DNA of 64,000 nt, taken from IMG/VR virus record IMGVR_UViG_3300044633_000899, positions 232,331 to 296,330 of that record, one strand, 5' to 3'. The notes beneath the pieces are model-generated. The model was not told the DNA's origin, made no database searches, and saw only the letters and a program-made list of their open reading frames with translations. The stretch's first letter is position 1. The number at the start of each line of letters is the position of its first letter. This document shows positions 49,000-57,884 of the stretch, piece after piece. Both the position numbers and the translations under genes were made by a program.

Positions 49000-49458
49000 A
49001 TGGCAAATGGTGTAACATATGGGATAAATTTTCCTTTTAGAGATTCTTTTAATGGACGTTATTTAGATTTATCTGACACTACGGATGAAGAAATTAGAAC
49101 TGATTTGGTGCATTTATTATTATCCAGAAAAGGAACAAGATATTTTTTACCAGACTTTGGTACGAGATTATATGAATATATTTTTGAACCATTAGACGGG
49201 CCAACGTTTGCTGATGTTGAGTCTGAAATTAGGGATTCTGTTGAAAAATACATACCTGGGATTCAGATTTTAAATATTGAAATTAAAGATGCTTCTGAGG
49301 GTGAAGAAAATAAAGGTACATTTATTAATTCACAAGGTGAACGAGAATATACGGTACAAGGTATTGGTGAAAAAGAACATACGGCAAGAATAAAAATAAA
49401 TTATAGGGTAACAAATCAAGCGTTTGAAAGTACAGATTTTGTTATTATTAATATTTAA
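49000..49458 (+). CDS. Baseplate wedge protein gp25-like (GPW/gp25)
   Basis: LLLSRKGTRYFLPDFGTRLYEYIFEP...IRDSVEKYIP. Confidence 0.88.
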   Translation: MANGVTYGINFPFRDSFNGRYLDLSDTTDEEIRTDLVHLLLSRKGTRYFLPDFGTRLYEYIFEPLDGPTFADVESEIRDSVEKYIPGIQILNIEIKDASEGEENKGTFINSQGEREYTVQGIGEKEHTARIKINYRVTNQAFESTDFVIINI

Positions 49459-49463
49459 TAATT

Positions 49464-51302
49464 ATGGCAGAGAAAAAGATTTCATATACGGCTAGGGATT
49501 TCCAAACGATTAGAACGGAATTAATAAATTTTACACGAACGTATTATCCAGATTTAATCCAGAACTTTAATGATGCTGGTGTTTTTTCTGTTTTAATGGA
49601 TTTGAACGCGGCGGTAACTGATAATCTACAATTCCAAATAGATAGAAGTATTCAAGAAACGGTATTACAATACGCACAACAAAAATCATCAATTTATAAC
49701 ATAGCAAGAACATACGGATTAAAAATCCCTGGTCAACGACCTTCTGTTGCGTTAACTGATTTCTCAATTACGGTACCAGCGTTTGGTGATAAAGAAGATT
49801 TAAGATATTGTGGTATATTAAGACGAGGATCGCAAGTATCTGGTGCTGGACAACCATTTGAAACTGTTTATGATATTGATTTTGCATCACCATTAAATGG
49901 TGAGGGTTCACCAAATAGACTTAAAATACCAAATTTTGATTCAAACGGTAAAATTTTAAATTATACAATAACAAAAAGAGAGGTTGTTGTTAATGGGACA
50001 ACAAAGGTATTTAAGAGAGTTATTACACCAAATGATGTAAAACCTTATTTTGAATTATTCTTACCAGAAAAAAATGTTTTGGGAATAACAAGTGTTTTAT
50101 TAAAAGATGGTACACAATATACAACAATACCTGAACCACAAGAATTTCTTGGGTTGGATAACAGATGGTATGAAGTTAAAGCGTTGGCCGAAGATAGAGT
50201 GTTCATTGAGGACCCAACAAAGGTATCAGACCAACCTGGTGTTAAAGTAGGTAAATATATCACAACTAACACTAAATTCATTAGTGAATACACACCAGAA
50301 GGTTATCTAAAAATGACATTTGGTGGTGGTAATGTTTCGGCTGAAGAACAATTAAGAGAATTTACAAGAACTGGTAATTCATTTGATTTAAACAAATACT
50401 CAAACAATCTAGCACTAGGTGCTGCGTTAAAGTCAAACTCTACTTTATTTATTCAATATAGAATTGGTGGTGGACAATCAACAAACCTTGGATCAAATGT
50501 GATTACACAGATTGGTACGGTTTCGTTTTTTGTTAATGGACCATCAGAAACGATTAATAAAAGTGTTATTAATACATTAAGATGTAATAACGTGACAGCA
50601 GCAATAGGAGGGGCGAACGCACCAACAACTGAAGACGTAAGACAAATGGTTTCATTTAATTTTGCGGCACAAAACAGAGCGGTAACAATTAATGATTATG
50701 AATCAATAATAAAAACAATGCCATCACAATTTGGTGCACCAGCAAAAGTTGCGATAACTGAAGAAAACAATAAGATAAAAGTTAAAATGTTATCTTATGA
50801 TAGTAATGGTAATTTAACTGATACAATATCAAACACACTAAAAAGTAATTTATCAAATTATTTATCAAACTATAGAATGATAAATGATTATATCTCAATT
50901 GAGAGTGCAAACCCAATTGATCTATCTGTTGATGTTGATGTTGTATTAGACGCGACACAAAACCAAGGTGCTATCATATCAAAATTAATTAATATTGTAA
51001 CAACATTCTTTAGTCCAACAAATAGACAATTAGGACAAAACGTTAACGTATCTGAATTAAGAAGAATTATCCAGAACGAAAATGGAATTGTGAGTATTTC
51101 GGATTTAAGGTTTTTTAATAAGGTTGGGGGTCAGTATTCTTCATATCAGACATCACAAAGGTATTCCGATTTATCAACAAAACAAATTGAATTAATTAAT
51201 GATACGATATTTGCGGAACCAACACAGACTTATCAAGTTAGGTTTCCGAATAAGGATATTAATGTTAGGGTAATAAACTTAAAAACTGTGAATTTTTCAT
51301 AA
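49464..51302 (+). CDS. Baseplate wedge protein gp6/J-like
   Basis: RDFQTIR, FIQYRIGGGQSTN, AAIGGANA, QNRAVTINDY. Confidence 0.88.
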   Translation: MAEKKISYTARDFQTIRTELINFTRTYYPDLIQNFNDAGVFSVLMDLNAAVTDNLQFQIDRSIQETVLQYAQQKSSIYNIARTYGLKIPGQRPSVALTDFSITVPAFGDKEDLRYCGILRRGSQVSGAGQPFETVYDIDFASPLNGEGSPNRLKIPNFDSNGKILNYTITKREVVVNGTTKVFKRVITPNDVKPYFELFLPEKNVLGITSVLLKDGTQYTTIPEPQEFLGLDNRWYEVKALAEDRVFIEDPTKVSDQPGVKVGKYITTNTKFISEYTPEGYLKMTFGGGNVSAEEQLREFTRTGNSFDLNKYSNNLALGAALKSNSTLFIQYRIGGGQSTNLGSNVITQIGTVSFFVNGPSETINKSVINTLRCNNVTAAIGGANAPTTEDVRQMVSFNFAAQNRAVTINDYESIIKTMPSQFGAPAKVAITEENNKIKVKMLSYDSNGNLTDTISNTLKSNLSNYLSNYRMINDYISIESANPIDLSVDVDVVLDATQNQGAIISKLINIVTTFFSPTNRQLGQNVNVSELRRIIQNENGIVSISDLRFFNKVGGQYSSYQTSQRYSDLSTKQIELINDTIFAEPTQTYQVRFPNKDINVRVINLKTVNFS

Positions 51303-51313
51303 TATTTATTGAT

Positions 51314-51832
51314 ATGAAAATAATTATAACCGAAAATCAATACAAGTTAATTAAAGAAAACATTTCTTTAAAAGAAAAATTAAAGGACTTAATCAAAAAG
51401 GTTGGTTTTGAATCAATGGTAAGAGTTGTTGGATCCTTGGATAAAACGTTTGAAATCTTTGATGTCAAAGAACCGATGGATTTCTTAAATTTATTTAATG
51501 ATTTGGAATCGGTTCAGAGTGAAGAACGTGAAGATTGGACGTTATATCGTTATAAAAAAGGACATAATTTTATAGTTTACAATAGAAAAAATGATTATGT
51601 TCATATCAATTATGATGAAATTTGGTCAGTTTTAGAAGACAATTTTGGACTTAACTACTCTGAAACACAGAAACTTACAAAGAGATGGTTGGATGAGGTC
51701 TACAATTTAAGGGGAGTCACACCTTATATTTTTGACTTAACATCAACAGGGTTAAGGTTGGATGAGGTCTACAATTTAAGGGGAGTCACACCTCGCGAAA
51801 ATATATCGTTCGATATGTCTCGGATTGGATGA
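51314..51832 (+). CDS. Variable-tail family protein with duplicated tail unit
   Basis: 172 aa; family core; ...WLDEVYNLRGVT-PYIFDLTSTGLR-LDEVYNLRGVT-PRENISFDMSR-IG*. Confidence 0.9.
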   Translation: MKIIITENQYKLIKENISLKEKLKDLIKKVGFESMVRVVGSLDKTFEIFDVKEPMDFLNLFNDLESVQSEEREDWTLYRYKKGHNFIVYNRKNDYVHINYDEIWSVLEDNFGLNYSETQKLTKRWLDEVYNLRGVTPYIFDLTSTGLRLDEVYNLRGVTPRENISFDMSRIG

Positions 51833-51856
51833 GGTCTACAATTTAAGGGGAGTCAC
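51687..51856 (+). repeat. CRISPR-like repeat-spacer mini-array inside and beyond a CDS (3 x 34 bp; 35- and 33-nt unrelated spacers)
   Basis: GGTTGGATGAGGTCTACAATTTAAGGGGAGTCAC at 51687-51720 and 51756-51789 (identical) and 51823-51856 (1 mismatch); no cas genes in the window. Confidence 0.92.
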
Positions 51857-52023
51857 CGTCTATTGTAATATTTCCACAAAAAAGACATTTTTGTGAAACA
51901 ACACCAATCTTTTACTTTTTCACAAACAAGATTATTCTTTGAAAATAGGAAATAAACTTAAAAAGTGTAAATTTTTCATAACATCAATATATTTATATTG
52001 TAAATAATAAATAAAAAAAAACG

Positions 52024-52326
52024 ATGAAAAAAACAGTTAGATTAACAGAAAGAGATTTAACAAGAATTGTTAAAAGAGTAATTAAAGAAGGTAGTGAAAA
52101 CATTGAAGATTTACGACACGAAAGATTAGACCTACTAAAAAGAATTAAAAGATTTGCAAACAAATCTTATAATTTAGAAAACACGGTAGATATTGATTTA
52201 GAAAACACGGTAGATATGGATGATGACGATATGTATGGTGTTGGTGAATGTGTTGAAACTGCAGACGAACTGCTCAAAGCCTTGAAAAGAATTGGTGAAG
52301 ATCACGATATTAACGATTTTGAATAA
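52024..52326 (+). CDS. Acidic protein with LTExDLxRIV leader
   Basis: MKKTVRLTERDLTRIVKRVIKEG; internal 24-bp duplication (LENTVDID/LENTVDMD). Confidence 0.75.
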   Translation: MKKTVRLTERDLTRIVKRVIKEGSENIEDLRHERLDLLKRIKRFANKSYNLENTVDIDLENTVDMDDDDMYGVGECVETADELLKALKRIGEDHDINDFE

Positions 52327-52337
52327 ATTTTAAATTA

Positions 52338-52368
52338 AAAAAACCCCAATCTCAAGTTGGGGTTTTTT
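52338..52368 (+). terminator. Rho-independent terminator
   Basis: AAAAAACCCCAA-tctcaag-TTGGGGTTTTTT. Confidence 0.85.
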
Positions 52369-52445
52369 ATTTCTTTTACTTTTTCACAAACAAGATTATT
52401 CTTTGAAAATAGGAAATAAACTATTTATCAAAAAAGAAGGAATTA

Positions 52446-55400
52446 ATGCCCAAGTCATATAGAATAAGAACCGAGATTGGTCAAGACAAGTATGTTAATG
52501 TTAAATTAGAACAAGATTTTGACCAATTAGAAATATTATCACTTAAAATAAACGAATCCGATATATACACTAGAGTTTGTTCGGATTATGGTGTTATTGT
52601 TGGTCGTGTTTTGGTTAATGGTGGGTTTGGAGTACCAAACGCAAAAGTATCGGTTTTTATACCGTTATCAGATGAGGATGAGTTAAACCCATTGATTTCT
52701 GAATTATACCCATATAAAAATTTAACTGATTTAAATGAAGATGGTTATAGATATAATTTATTACCAAAAGACCCCTCTTATACAACACACGCAGCAACGG
52801 GAACGTTTCCAACAAGGGATGAGGTTTTGTTAGAACAATCGTACATTGAGGTGTATGATAAATATTATAAATTTACGGTTAAAACAAATGAAAGTGGTGA
52901 CTATATGATATTTGGTGTACCAACAGGAACACAAACAATTGTAATGGATGTTGACTTATCCGATATCGGATGCTTTTCATTAACACCACAAGATTTAATT
53001 GACTCTGGTGTTGCCAACCCATCACAAGTTAACGGAAACACATTTAAAACCTCAACAAATTTAAACGAGTTACCACAAATTAAAACTTTAAATACGATTA
53101 CTGAAATCGCACCATTTTGGGGTGATGCTGATATTTGTCAATTTGGTATAAATCGTCTTGATTTTGACTTAACCGCCGAGGCAAATATCAAAATTGAACC
53201 AACCGCTATTTTTATGGGATCAATAATAACAACAGCGGATGATGATGCTTTAAAAACAAATTGTAAACCAAAAAACAATACTGGTAATTTATGTGAATTA
53301 ATATCTGGACCAGGTCAAATATTATCAATTAGACAAACAATATTTCCTGATAGTCAAAATTTACCGGTTTTAGAAGAGTATAAATTTGAACAAAATGGTA
53401 AAGTAATTGATGGTGACGGATCGTTTTTAACTAAAGTACCAATGAATTTGGATTATATTATTACAAATGAATTTGGACAACAAGTTTTATCAAACGACAT
53501 AACAAAAGGAATACCAACAAAAGGAAAATATAGATTCAAGTTTAAATTTGAAAATGAACAAGGATTACAAAATGAGTTTTTACGAGCAAATTTTCTTGTC
53601 CCAAATATAAAAGAACACGGATGGACATCATCATCTAACGACCCATTTGACCCAACTACAGCGGTACCTTTAATAATTACGTTACCAGTTGGTACATTAA
53701 CTGGAACGACAACAATAACACAAACAGGGGGGTTGTTATTTGAAAATACTATAAATTCATCTAATTTTTCCGTTGTCATAAATGGTCAACCATATTTTGG
53801 TGACACTGGTGTAATACCAGTAATTGCTGGTGACATAGTTCAGATAATCTCAAATCCAATTGATGATACACAATTACAAGATATAATCTTTAAATCGTTA
53901 CCTCAAGGTTATTTTGATGTCTTGAGATCGTATACGTTTAGTTTAGATTGGGATGATTATGCCGATACTCAATCAGCAATTGATTGTGAAGACACTTTTT
54001 ATGAGTTTCACTACAATAAAGTATATACGACATCGATGTTTCTTGACCGATACAAAAATGGTTTAGGTAGGGCAAAACACCTTGGAATTAAAGAAATTGA
54101 TAATAGAACTTGTAAGACAACAGTAAATACATTCCCTGTTAATGATGCTATAAGAAATTTTGATTTTATATTTTTTGTTTTTAATATATTAATAACAATA
54201 TTAACATTTCCGATACTAACGTTATTATTTGTGGCCCATCTAATTTCATTTATGTGGCCAATATTAAAATATGTTTTAATATTTTTAGGGATATATTTAA
54301 CTTATACTGCTGGTGTTGCATTGGTTGAGTCAATACAAAGTGGTATACAAACAATAAACACAGGCATTGCGGCGGTAACGAATGCTGGGTTAGCCCTTGA
54401 TTTTGTTAGGTTAATTTTATACACTGTTTATACCATTGGTGTGGCAGCATTTAAACTTGCAATGGCACTTGCGTTTTTAGCCTTTGCTGTTGTTGCGGCA
54501 CTACGAATTAAAGGTTTCCCAAGAATTGGGTTACCAATGTTATCTTACCCCGAATGTACAAGTTGTGATTGTAAATGTGGTAACGCAGAAATGGATGACG
54601 ACTTTGATGAAACGTCAATACAAAGTCAAATAGACGCAAACAATAACAATAATACAACTATAGCACAATCAAATTCATTTTTAGCACCTATAAATTTATC
54701 TGAAACATATGTTGTTGATCACCCTAACTTTGAAAATAGACCAGGGTTTGACGTAGACCAAAATAGTAAAGGTTGGTTCAACGACACAAGTACTGGGGGT
54801 TCTACAGATTATAACTATAGGTCACTTTTAAATCGTTTTTATGATCAAGAAATAACTGCTGAGGTTGTTGCACAATCATCAATTGACTTTAGAAGACTTT
54901 TTTCTGGGTGGGACGATTTGTCAACAACTAATAATCCTATGTATAAATCACCAGAGTTCTTCTTATTTGGTGCAGAAAAAGTTAGTGGTTCTAATAATGA
55001 TAAACGTTGGTTCGCAAAACCAACGAAACAGACATACCCACAAAGGTTAAATGAATTTAATACGAGGGATAAATACTTCAACGGAGTAAACCAAATAACA
55101 ACAACGATTAATCCATCTTTAGGTTCACAACAATTTAATGATCAACCATTAGTGTTACTAGTAAAAAAAGGGACTACCAATAATTTAGGGGTTGGTGAAA
55201 TATTTTCTTTTGTTGACCCAAAAAAATCTAATGGTCAGATAAATATTACTGGTGCAACATTAAACCAATTTGGTTTAAATTCTGTAACTGGGACAACAAT
55301 AACTGGAATCACAAGTTACCCTATAACATATGCACACCCATCAAATCCATCTGTGGGGTTAACAGCAAATATACAAATCGTACAAACAGGTAATACCGAA

Positions 55401-57884
55401 AATCAAGTACAATTTTTACCAGACATTGAGTACTTCCAAATTATTACAGGAATGACTGTTGGTGATTATGAAAACATATCCGAATCTATTAATGTTAACA
55501 CGACATTATATCATAGCACATATCTTAAACATAAAATATCATATTCTGTTTATAATAATAATGGAAATACATTATCAACACCCCCAACAACAATAACAAC
55601 TGAAGATAGTTTTGGTGATGTTGTAACAAAACAAGTTAATAATTATACCGCGATAGAAACTATTGCTGATTATAGTTCAGAATATGAAATAATTGTTGTT
55701 GTTCGTGGTGTTGACCCATATACACAGAAACAAATAATAAAATACGATTTATCAAAGATATTCGGTTATTCAACAACAAATCCAAACACCGTTATTGAAG
55801 GTCAGTACTACATAAACTGGCCTATCCAGTCTGGATCAATAGCACCTAAAACACATAATACTATTGATAATAATACAACAACTAATTTGTATTTTAATTC
55901 TTTAACCTTTACTCCGTCTGTTGATTATAGTGGTTTTACATCTAATAATCCATATTATTATATTTCTACTGATGATAATACTATGTTACCTTACACACTT
56001 GGTGGCCAAAATTACCAACCAGTTAATAACGCAAACCCACTTTCGTTTTTCACATCACCTGGAACACAATATTCTGTGACATTAAACCCATCAAGAATTT
56101 TACCATTACCACCATCTAATATACCATATTATATTGGGGGTGGTTCGTTTATTGGTATAAATACAAATATAAGCACTAGTGATTTGTATATTAATAATGT
56201 TACTGATTCCGAAGTTGGTTGGCCGTTTAGTAATAATAATTTACTACGATATACAATGTATTCTGCCGCATATTACAGATACACAAATACTGGGGAATTA
56301 CTAGGGGTAAACTTCTCAAATCGTAATAATATTGTTATGCGAAGTGATAGGTTACCAACATCTTCTTGTGTTGAAGACGGGTTCAATAACAGAACTGGAT
56401 ATGCTTTACATCAGAACAATAATTTTTGTTATTATAAAACAGATGGACAGACATCAAACCCAACACAAGGTGTTGCTTCTGACCTTCCTTCTGGAGAAGG
56501 TTTTGACAACGAACTTATTGGTTTGACACAAACTTTAAATTGTGATAATATGGTTTCGTTAAACTGTTATAGTGGAACTGGAACAAACGTTGGGGTCCTA
56601 CCACAAGGAGATTGTGATGTTCCAGACAATAGGGTTGTAAATGGGTGTTTTTGTTTATTAAATAAACGATATTTATTTGAATATGGTGATGACGCAAAAC
56701 TATTCTTAGAATGGAAAACTAGGTTTACAATAACGTTTGCGACGTGTAGAGGTGTGTTCGCACAAACTTTTCAAAATAATTGGGTAAATGGTGTTTTATA
56801 TATGTTTACATTTAATAAAACAGCAACATACCCAATAAATAACCCCAATGACCCAACCTATAATTATTGTTCAGACGTAATTGTTTATAATGATATAAAC
56901 AATGGGTTTTATTATAGATCGTCACCTTGGGATGGTAATGACTTTATAGGTAAAAACAGCCCAACAATACCAACAACTTGGCCGTCAGTGTTAGTTAATG
57001 ATTACCCAGGTACTGGTTATAACACAAAACAAATTCAATTCCCAACGACAATTGTTGATATGGGTCCTAGAGAAAAATTTATATCTGAAATCTGTAATAA
57101 TAATAATTTTAATAGTTATTACGTTGATAACATAAAATCAACGTCATACCAAGATCTATCTGATGTTATTCAGATTGGATTTTTATCTAGATTACTAAAC
57201 GATAATTTTAGACAAGCAATATTACCAATATCAAACCCTGCTGGTGATAATACTGAAGGTAAGGGTATAATCCAATTCTTTAATAGCACTAGACAAGCAG
57301 ATAGAATTGATGGTGATTTTGCACAAATGTTCTCGATAAATTCTGAATGGAAAATATCACCATTTTTAAGTGAAAACTACCCAAATCCGGATTCTATATT
57401 TTTTGGAAATGACACACAATCAGATCAAAGACCGGTTTTTGGTGTTTTTTATGAAGTACCACAAATTAATAATTCATATAGAAAAAACTTAACACCTGGA
57501 CTTGAAACCTTAAACTACTCACCACTATTACAATATTACTACGGATACCCAAAAACACAAGAAGTACCATTCTATAAATGGACAATTGAATCACAATCTG
57601 GTAATATTTTTGGTAATGAAAATAATAATTGGGACACAACCGGACCTTTCTATAAGAGAGGGTATCAAGATTTAGATTTTACAAATAATAACGAGTACTA
57701 CCAAACATCTACAACACAATTAGGATATTTAACAAATTTTGATCTAAATGGAGATCCTCAACCATTACAAAATAATTCTGGTAGTTACGTTGTTGGCGCA
57801 CCATTTCATTTTTATTTTGGTTTAAATAATGGTAAAACAGCAATTGATAAATTTGTTAAATTATATGTAAACACTGAGGAATAA
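52446..57884 (+). CDS. Large virion/baseplate protein with an N-terminal carboxypeptidase-regulatory-like beta-sandwich and a multi-helix hydrophobic segment
   Basis: GVPNAKVSVF...TNESGDYMIFGVPTGTQTIVMD; hydrophobic stretch at aa ~570-690; lies in the baseplate cluster. Confidence 0.55.
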   Translation: MPKSYRIRTEIGQDKYVNVKLEQDFDQLEILSLKINESDIYTRVCSDYGVIVGRVLVNGGFGVPNAKVSVFIPLSDEDELNPLISELYPYKNLTDLNEDGYRYNLLPKDPSYTTHAATGTFPTRDEVLLEQSYIEVYDKYYKFTVKTNESGDYMIFGVPTGTQTIVMDVDLSDIGCFSLTPQDLIDSGVANPSQVNGNTFKTSTNLNELPQIKTLNTITEIAPFWGDADICQFGINRLDFDLTAEANIKIEPTAIFMGSIITTADDDALKTNCKPKNNTGNLCELISGPGQILSIRQTIFPDSQNLPVLEEYKFEQNGKVIDGDGSFLTKVPMNLDYIITNEFGQQVLSNDITKGIPTKGKYRFKFKFENEQGLQNEFLRANFLVPNIKEHGWTSSSNDPFDPTTAVPLIITLPVGTLTGTTTITQTGGLLFENTINSSNFSVVINGQPYFGDTGVIPVIAGDIVQIISNPIDDTQLQDIIFKSLPQGYFDVLRSYTFSLDWDDYADTQSAIDCEDTFYEFHYNKVYTTSMFLDRYKNGLGRAKHLGIKEIDNRTCKTTVNTFPVNDAIRNFDFIFFVFNILITILTFPILTLLFVAHLISFMWPILKYVLIFLGIYLTYTAGVALVESIQSGIQTINTGIAAVTNAGLALDFVRLILYTVYTIGVAAFKLAMALAFLAFAVVAALRIKGFPRIGLPMLSYPECTSCDCKCGNAEMDDDFDETSIQSQIDANNNNNTTIAQSNSFLAPINLSETYVVDHPNFENRPGFDVDQNSKGWFNDTSTGGSTDYNYRSLLNRFYDQEITAEVVAQSSIDFRRLFSGWDDLSTTNNPMYKSPEFFLFGAEKVSGSNNDKRWFAKPTKQTYPQRLNEFNTRDKYFNGVNQITTTINPSLGSQQFNDQPLVLLVKKGTTNNLGVGEIFSFVDPKKSNGQINITGATLNQFGLNSVTGTTITGITSYPITYAHPSNPSVGLTANIQIVQTGNTENQVQFLPDIEYFQIITGMTVGDYENISESINVNTTLYHSTYLKHKISYSVYNNNGNTLSTPPTTITTEDSFGDVVTKQVNNYTAIETIADYSSEYEIIVVVRGVDPYTQKQIIKYDLSKIFGYSTTNPNTVIEGQYYINWPIQSGSIAPKTHNTIDNNTTTNLYFNSLTFTPSVDYSGFTSNNPYYYISTDDNTMLPYTLGGQNYQPVNNANPLSFFTSPGTQYSVTLNPSRILPLPPSNIPYYIGGGSFIGINTNISTSDLYINNVTDSEVGWPFSNNNLLRYTMYSAAYYRYTNTGELLGVNFSNRNNIVMRSDRLPTSSCVEDGFNNRTGYALHQNNNFCYYKTDGQTSNPTQGVASDLPSGEGFDNELIGLTQTLNCDNMVSLNCYSGTGTNVGVLPQGDCDVPDNRVVNGCFCLLNKRYLFEYGDDAKLFLEWKTRFTITFATCRGVFAQTFQNNWVNGVLYMFTFNKTATYPINNPNDPTYNYCSDVIVYNDINNGFYYRSSPWDGNDFIGKNSPTIPTTWPSVLVNDYPGTGYNTKQIQFPTTIVDMGPREKFISEICNNNNFNSYYVDNIKSTSYQDLSDVIQIGFLSRLLNDNFRQAILPISNPAGDNTEGKGIIQFFNSTRQADRIDGDFAQMFSINSEWKISPFLSENYPNPDSIFFGNDTQSDQRPVFGVFYEVPQINNSYRKNLTPGLETLNYSPLLQYYYGYPKTQEVPFYKWTIESQSGNIFGNENNNWDTTGPFYKRGYQDLDFTNNNEYYQTSTTQLGYLTNFDLNGDPQPLQNNSGSYVVGAPFHFYFGLNNGKTAIDKFVKLYVNTEE

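Larger units (their letters stand above)
51908..52422 (+). repeat. Exact 51-bp direct repeats flanking a one-gene cassette
   Basis: tcttttactttttcacaaacaagattattctttgaaaataggaaataaact at 51908-51958 and 52372-52422. Confidence 0.9.

Noticed and set aside
51687-51856. Bona fide CRISPR-Cas locus
   Set aside because: No cas genes or leader in the window; the repeats lie within coding sequence and recur at paralogue ends. Kept only as a CRISPR-like repeat.
52172-52217. 24-bp tandem duplication (LENTVDID/LENTVDMD), and the similar 18-bp duplication near the 3' end of 46365-47051
   Set aside because: Simple in-frame slippage duplications with no spacer structure; no evidence of a system.
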